DNA from: the human T2T-CHM13v2.0 reference genome, Homo sapiens
Strand: one strand, 5' to 3'
Assembly: GCF_009914755.1 (NCBI RefSeq)
Contig: NC_060933.1
DNA: 64,000 nucleotides
Translations under genes and position numbers: made by a program
Notes under the pieces: generated by a model
Seen by the model: the letters and a program-made list of their open reading frames with translations, nothing else
What the model was told of the DNA's origin: nothing
Databases searched by the model: none
In this document: piece after piece, positions 55,950 to 64,000 of the stretch
How the letters are laid out: each line of letters opens with the position of its first letter
How positions within the stretch are numbered: the stretch's first letter is position 1

Positions 55950-57987
55950 TGTCAACCTAAATAACACAGAGAGACTCTATAAGAAATTATAATTATTTGC
56001 GAGTAGGCATTGTAATGGAAATACATGTTTCATAGTAAACTATGTGCATATTCAGAAAGGTAAAAAAAAGAAAGATTATTTTTGTTGTTGTTGTTGTTTT
56101 TTCTGAGACAGAGTCTCGCTCTGTCACCCAGGCTGTAGTGCAGTTGCATGATCTCAGCTCACTGAGAGCTCCGCCTCCCGGATTCACGCCATTCTCCTGC
56201 CTCAGCCTCCCGAGTAGCTGGGACTTCAGGTGCATGCCACGACGCCTGGCTAATTTTTTTGTATTTTTAATAGAGACGGGGTTTCACCATGTTAACCAGG
56301 ATGGTCTCAATCTCCTGACCTCGTGATCCGCCCGCCTCGACCTCCCAAAGTGCTGGGATTACAGGCATGAGCCACTGTAATCCCACTTTAAAAACCGGCC
56401 AAAATAAAGGTTTTTAAAGAAAAATTGAGGAGGCTTGCATAATTGTTTTCAGATAATTATCCTTGGCTACAAGGTTCAACAACAAGGTTGGTGCCAGTTC
56501 AAGGTTGGGCAGGCAGTTATTGGACAGTTGTCCTCACAGAAGTATTTTTTATGTTTGTGTAAGGATACAACAGCCTTTGGGCAAGATCACAGTTTTTGCA
56601 GAGTCTTTTGTGATGGTTCTTGTTATCAGGCATTTGTGCATGAGAACCCCCTTCATGGCCTTCCCTAGCTCCATTCGTCAAGGTTATTAACACAAGTGAC
56701 TGATTAACACAAGTGACTCCATTTTGATTCTGATAACTTTCATATGTCCCTCTTTTGATCAAGGTATTTGTTTGAAAGCATCACTGATCAATCATCCTGT
56801 AGTTAGACTTTGATTATCCCTAGGTGCCAGGATAGACCTGCCCTAGGTTGTTGGTCTCGTTACACATTGGAAAAAGTGATTTTTGCCAAATTTGAGGAAG
56901 AAGAGAACTTTGAAAAGAGTGGCTCTCTGGCTAAGTCCACCTGGAGTCCATTTTTAAGTTTCATTGTATCTGTTCTGTAGGCATTGGCTATCATCTCAAA
57001 GTGCTAGACCAGCACTACTCTGTTAGGACTTGTACTTATGTAGAAATGTAACAAGTAACAGGTACAAAGTTCAGAAAAGGAAAATACAGAGTAAAAATAA
57101 TAGTAGTATTATAACATCAGTTTTATAACAGTTTTAGCCTTGAGACTAGGCTTAAAGGCAACTGATTAAATAAATCAAATGACAATGGGGAATTAAATGA
57201 CACCTGCTGTAACCATGTGGCTTGTTTTTATTTTGTATATATTGTTCTCAACTTTCTCAAAGGAATTTATCTAGATACAACATGTAGCATTAGCAATAAT
57301 ATAGACATTCACAGATTTAAACAATAGCAATTTTATAATCTAGTATCCCATGACTGAGTTGAATTAAAGCAGAGAATGAGCAACAGTTGTATTAGAGATG
57401 TTGCCAAATTTACCGATTAGGTGTACTAAAAGATCTCTTAGGACAAGTTTTTCAGGCTACCAACAGAATTACTGATTGTAAAATTTGAATTATGCCAATA
57501 TTCTGACAAGTTAAAAAGCTAGACTAGAGTGTGAGAGCCTCATTATGATATCAAGTCTTGTTTTAAAGTCTTTGGGGAAGCTATCTGCAGCACGAAGCTG
57601 TCAATTTCTCATTCCGGTTTGCAGTTTGAATGCTTCTGGTTATAGCACCAGGAAGTTTGGTGGACGTTCTTGTGTATCCCATACAACAGGCATGACAATC
57701 ATTACTTAAAATTCGTCCAGGTTCAGCCTATAAAATTCTAGAAACAAAGCAGTTTCTGTTTTTAATACTTCTATGAAAGAAAGTTGTGTTAGAGAAACCT
57801 AGTAATCCAGGATCTAGCCTAGTTTCAGATAGACAATAAAAACTCAAAAACAATGTGTAAGGCTACAATCTAATAACAACTATAGTCCAGCTTTATTTCA
57901 GAAACCGAACTTTTTTCTCCATAGTCAATCCAATTTTTACCAAAGAAAATCGGAATAATACCCATTAGTTTGTGAAATAAGTTTAGT
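55950..57987 (-). mobile_element. ERV1 remnant: MER72-like 3' LTR (55950-56742, interrupted by an Alu) plus MER4-group internal sequence, cut off by the L1MA
   Basis: LTR ends tgtcaacctaaataac / gactccattttgattctgataactttca; PPT adjacent; inserted in an MLT1 end (55893-55949). Confidence 0.75.
56078..56400 (-). mobile_element. AluY/Sc in the MER72-like LTR
   Basis: Full Alu with (TTG)n tail and altered 5' end. Confidence 0.93.
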
Positions 57988-60900
57988 CTTTTTTTTTATT
58001 TTTAATTTTTGTTGGTACATTGTAAAGGTATGTATCTATGGGATACGTGAAATGTTTTGATACAGGCATGTAATGCATAATAATGACATCAAGGAGAATG
58101 GGGTATCTATCTCCTCAAGTATTTAGCCATTGTGTTACAAACAATCCAATTATACTCTTGATTTTATTTTAAATGTAAAATTAAATTATTATTGACAATA
58201 GTCACTCTGTTGCGCTATCAAATAGTAAGTCTTATTCATTCTTTCTAATTTTTGTGCCCATTAACCATCTCCACTGCCCCACCAACACCCCCACTACTCT
58301 TTCCAGCCTCTGGTAACTCTCCTTCTACTCTTTATGTCAATGAGTTCAATTGTTTTAACTTTGGGATTCCACAAATAAGTGAGAACATACAATGTTTGTC
58401 TTTCTGTGTCTGGCTTATTTCACTTAATATAATGACCTCCAGTTCCACTCATGTTGTTGAAAATGACTGGATCTCATTCTGTTTTATGGCCGAATAGTAC
58501 TCCATTGGGTATATGTACCACATTTTCTTTATCCATTTATCTGTTAATGGACACTTAGGTTACTACTAAATCTTGGCTATTATGAACAGTACTGCAACAA
58601 ACATGGGAGTGAAGATATCTCTTTGATATTTCTTTATTTGGGTTATAATGCAACAGTAGGAGTGTTGGATTATACGGTAGATCCATTTTTAGCTTTTAAG
58701 GAAGCTCTAAACTATTCTTCATAGTGGTTGTACTAATTTACATTCCCACCAACAGTGTAGTATGGCTTCTTTTTCTCCACATCCTTATCAGCATTTGTTA
58801 TTGCTTGTCTTTTGGATAAAAGCCATTTTAACTGGGGCATAATGATATTTCATTGTAGTTTTGATCTGCATTTCTCTAATGATCAATGATGTTGAACACC
58901 TTTTCATATGCCTGTTTGCCATTTGTATGTCTTCCTTTGAAAAATGTCTATTCAAATCTTTTCCCATTTTTAATAGGATTGTCAGATTTTTTTTTCTATG
59001 GAGTTGTTTGAGCTCCTTATACATTATAGTTATTAATGCCTTGTCAGATGGGTAATTTGCAAATACTTTCTCCCATTCTGTGGGTTGTTTCTTCATTTTG
59101 TTGATTGTTTCCTTTGCTGTGCAGATACTTTTAAACTTCATGTGATCCATTTGTCTATTATTTTTTCTTTGATTGCCTGTGCTTGTGGGGTATTGCTCAT
59201 GAAACTTTTGCCCAGATCAATGTCCAGGAGAATTTCCCCCAATGTTTTCTTGAAGTAGTTTCCTAGTTTGAGGTCTTATATTTAAGTCTCTGATCCATTT
59301 TTTTTTTCATTTTTGTGTACGGCAAGAGATATGGGTCTAGTTTCATTCTTCTACATATGGATATCCAGTTTCCCCAGCTCCATTCATTGAAGAAACTGCC
59401 TTTTCCCCAGTGTATGTTCTTGGCACCATACTCAAAAATGGGTTCATTGTAGGTGAATGAGTTTGTTTCTGGGTTCTCTATTCTGTTCCATTGATCTGTG
59501 TGTCTGTTTTTATGCCAGTACCATGTTGTTTTGGTTACTAGAGCTCTATAGTACAATTTGAAGTCAGGTAATGTGAATCCTCTAGTTTTTGTGGGTTTTT
59601 TTCTAAAAATATTTGTGGCTACTGTGGGTCTTTTGTGGTCCATATAAATTTTAGAATTGTTTTTTTCTATTTCTGTGGACAACGATATTGGTATTATATT
59701 TTGATTGGGATTACATTGAATTTGTAGATTGCTTTTGGTAGTATGAACATTTTAACAATACTGATTTTCCAATCCATGAGCAAAAAGTATTTTTTATTAT
59801 TTTTTGGTTTCCTTTTTAATTTCTCTCATCAGTGTTTCATAATTTTCCTTATAGAGATTTTTACTTATTTTGTTAATTCCTAGGTATTTAATTTTATTTG
59901 TGGCTACTGTTAACAGGATTACTTTTTAAATTTATTTTTCAGATTGTTCACTGACACATAGAAATGCTATTGATTTTTGTGTGTTGATTTTGTGTCCTGC
60001 AAGTTTTCTGAATTTATCAATTCTCATAGTTTTTGGTGGAGTCTTTAGGTATTTCCAAATATAAGGTCATATCATCTGCAAACAGGATAATTTGACTTCT
60101 TCCATTCCAGTTTGGAGGTATTTTATTTCTTTCTCTTGTCTGGTTGCCCTAGCTAGGACTTCCAGTACTATGCTGAATAACAGTAGTGAAAAGTGAGCAT
60201 CCTTGTCATGTTTCAGATCTTAGAATCTTAGAGGAAAGGCTTTCAGCTTTTCTCCATTCAGTATGACACTAGCTGTGGGTCTGTCATATGTAGATTTTAT
60301 TACATTGAATATCTTCCTTCTATACACAGTGTTCTGAGGGTTTTTACCATAAAGGGTTGTTAAATTTTATCAAATGCCTTTTCAGCATCAATTGAAATAA
60401 TTATGTTTTTTATTCTTCATTCTGTGTATATGAATGTAGCACATTGACTGATTTGCATATGTTGAATTATCCTTGCATTCCAGGGATAAATACCACTTGA
60501 TCATGAAGAATGATCTTTCTAATGTATTGTTGAATTTGGTTTGCTAGTACTTAGTTTAGGATTTTTGCATCAATATTCATCAGAAACATTGACCTATAGT
60601 TTTCTTTCTTTTTTTTTTTTTTAATGTGTCTTTGTCTGGTTTTGGTACCAGGGAAACAGTGGCCATATAGAATGAGTTTGAAAGTATTACTTCCTCTTAC
60701 ATAATATTTTTCAGAAAAGTTTGAGTAGGACTGGTTCTTCTTTAAATGTTTAGTAGAATTCAACAGTGAAGCCATCCAGTCCTGGCCTTTTCTTTACCAG
60801 GAGATTTTTTTGTTATAGCTTTGATCTCATTACTTATTATTTGTCTCTTCAGGTTTTGGATTTCTTCCTTGGTTCAATCTTGGTAAGTTGTATGTGTCTA

Positions 60901-63900
60901 AGAATTCGTCCATTTCTTGTAGATTTTCTAATTTATTGGCATATACTTGCTCATAGTCGCCACTAACAATCTTTTGAATTTCTGTAGTATCAGCTGTAAT
61001 GACTCTTTTTCATTTCTGATTTTATTTATTTGGATCTTCTCTCTTTTCTTCTTAGTCTGGCTAAAGTTTTGTCAATTTTATTTAACTTTTCAAAAAGCAA
61101 CTTTTTATTGATTTTTGTATATTCTTTATTTCAATTTCATTTTATTTCTGCTCTAATCTTTATTATTTCTTTTTTTCTACTAATTTGCGATTGGGTTTGC
61201 TCTTGATTTTCTAGTTTTTTAAGATGCGTAGTTAGATTGTTTATTTGAAGTTTTTCCTTTTCTTGATATAGGAACTTATAGCTATAAATTTTTCTCTTGG
61301 TTCTGCTTTTGCTGTATCTCATAGGTTTTGGTTTGTTGTATTTCCATTGTCATTTGCTTCAAAAAATTTTTCAATTTTCCTCTTTATTTCTTTATTAACT
61401 CAGTGATCATTCAGGAGAATACTGTTTAATTGCCATGTGTTTTTCTAATTTCCAAAATTCCTCTTGTTATTAATTTCTAGTTTTATTCCCTGTGGTCAGA
61501 GAAGATGCTTGATATAATTTTAATTTTTTGAATGTTTTAGACTTATTTTATGACCTCATATATGATCTATCCTTGAAAATTATCCATAAGGGGCTGAGGA
61601 AAAGAATGTGTATTCTGCAGCTGTTGGATAAAATGTTCTATAAATATCTATTATATTAATTTGGTCTGTAGCACAAATTAAGTCCAATGTTTCTTTCTTG
61701 ATTTTCTGTCTAGAAGATCTGTCCAATGCTGAAAATTGGGTGTTGAAGTCTCCAGTTATTTTTCTACTGGGGCCTATCTCTTTCTTTAGCTCAAATAATA
61801 TTTGCATTATATATCTGGATGCTTCATTGTTGGATGCATATTTACAATTATTATATCCTCTTGCTGAATTGATCCCTTTATCATTATATAGTGACCTTTT
61901 TGTCTCTTCTTATATTTTTGTCTTGAAATCTATTTATCTGATATAAGTATAGCTACCCCTGTGCTTTTTTGGTTTTCATTGGCATGGAATATCTTTTTCC
62001 ATTCATTTATTTTCAGACTATATATGTCTTTACAGATGAAGTATGTTTCTTTTAGGCAACAGATCAGCGGGTCTTATTCTTTATTCATTTAACCACTATG
62101 TCTTTTGATTGGTGAGTTTAATCCATTTATATTCACTATTATGACTAAGTAAGGACTTAACTCTTGCCATTTTATTATTTGTTTTCTGGTTGTTTTGTGG
62201 TCCTTTCTTCCTTCTTTCTTTACTCTCTTCCTTTAGTGAAGGTAATTTTCTCTGGTGAGACGATTTTTGTGGATCTGTTGTGTGTTTCTTGGTTTGAGTA
62301 CCATGAGGATTGCAAATACTGTATTATAACCCATTATTTTGAGCTGATAACAACTTAACCCAATTTACATAAACAAAAAAGCAAAAAAAAACTAATAAAA
62401 ATTCTACACCTTAACTTTAGCACCCTACTTTTTAAATTTTTGTTGTTTCTATTTGTGTCTTATTGTACTGTCAATGTCTTGAAAAGCTCTTGTAGTTATT
62501 ATTTTTTACTGGTTCGTTGTTTAGTCTTTCTATTTAGGAGGAGTAGTTTACATACCATAGTTACAGTATTATAATATTCTGTGTTTATCTGTGTACTTAC
62601 TATTATTAGTGAGTTTTGTACCTTCAGGTGATTACCTATTGCTCATTAACATCCTTTCCATTCTGATTGAAGTATTCCCTTTAGCATTTCTTATAGAATA
62701 GGTCTGGTATTGATGAAATCCTTCAAGTTTTGTCTGGGAAAGTCTTATTTCTCCTTCATATTTGAAGTATATTTTAACTGGATATATTACTCTAGGGCAA
62801 AAGTGTTTTTCCTTCAGCATTTTAAAATATGTCATGCCACTTTCTCCTGGTCTGTAAGGTTTCCACTCAAAAGTCTGCTCTCAGACATACTGGAGCTCCG
62901 TTGCATGGTGTTTTTTTTTTTTTTTTTTCTCTTGCTGCTTTTAGCATCATTTCTTTATCCTTGACCTTTGGGAATTTAATTATTAAATGCATTGATGTAG
63001 CCTCCTTTGGGTTAAATCTGCTTGGTGTTCTATAACCTTCTTGTACTTGGATGCCGATATCTTTCTCTAGATTTGGGGAATTCTCTGTTATTATCCCTTT
63101 GGGTAAACTACTCCTATGCCCTTCTCTACCTCTTTGTTAAGGTGAATAACTTTTAGATTTGCCTTTTTGAGGCTATTTTACAGATCCTGTAGGTGTGTTT
63201 TGTTGTTTTTTATTCTTTGTTCTTTTGTCTCCTCTGACTGTGTTTTCAAATAGCTGGTCTTCAAGCTCACTAATTCTTTCTTCTGCTTGATCAATTCTAC
63301 TATTAAAAGACTCTGTTGCATTCTTCATTATGCCAAATGCATTTTTCAGCTCCAAAATTTCTGCTTGATTCTTTTTAATTATTTCCATCTGTTTGTTAAA
63401 TTTATCTGAAAGAATTCTGAATTCCTTCTCTGTGTTATCTTGAATTGTTTTGAGTTTGCTCAACCTAGCTATTTTGAATTCCCTTTCTGAAAGGTCTTTC
63501 TTCAGGATTGGTCTCTGGTGACTTATTTAGTTCATCTGATGAGATCATATTTCCTGGATGATTTTGATACTTACAGATGTTCATCTGTATCTGGGCATTG
63601 AAGAGTTAGGAATTTATTGTAGTCTTCACTGTCTGGGCTTATTTGTACCCATCCTCCTTGGGAAGGCTTTCTAGATACATGAAAGGATTTGGGTGTTGTA
63701 GTTTAAGCTGTATCTTCTTTAGGGGGCACCCCAATCCCAGTAATGCTGTGGTTTTTGCAGACTTATAAGGGTACTGCCTTGATAATTTTGGACAAGATCC
63801 CACAGAATTCTCTGGGTTACCAGGCAGAGACTCTTGAATTATTCACTTACTTTCTCCCAAACAAACAGAATCTCTCTCTCAGTTCTGAACTACCTAAAGC

Positions 63901-64000
63901 TAGGAGTGGAGTGAAACAAGCACCTCTGTGGCCACCACAACTATGATTGCATTGGATCAGACCTGAAGGAAGCACAGCACTGGGTATCACCCAAGGCCTG
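57988..64000 (-). mobile_element. Near-full-length degenerate L1MA (L1MA2/3-like): 3'UTR, ORF2, ORF1, 5' region running off the window
   Basis: ORF2 peptides 58788..59150, 59263..59682 and 61580..61807; ORF1 coiled-coil peptide 63173..63463 (NQAEILELKN...NSRIDQAEERISELED). Confidence 0.94.

Overview
AT-rich, CpG-poor primate genomic DNA, very likely human or great ape because it carries a full-length SVA and young AluY copies. Much of the window is retroelement: four large L1 copies, eight Alus plus a small fragment, one SVA, a solo LTR12, a MER72-like ERV1 remnant, many MaLR/ERVL LTRs, MIR, L2 and hAT MITEs. No recognisable protein-coding gene, RNA gene or CRISPR array is present; the longer ORFs in the track are repeat-derived. 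The most interesting non-routine signals are: (1) a minus-strand solo LTR12 promoter with 11 CCAAT boxes, which points at several well-formed minus-strand cryptic exons that would splice in frame into a 71-aa chimeric ORF (hypothesis only); (2) a ~134-bp polyadenylated non-L1 sequence inserted in an L1PA 5'UTR; (3) three separate short, diverged local direct duplications, two of them at clear rearrangement junctions; (4) several template-switch and target-site-reuse scars. Repeat subfamily names come from remembered consensus sequences and need RepeatMasker/Dfam confirmation.
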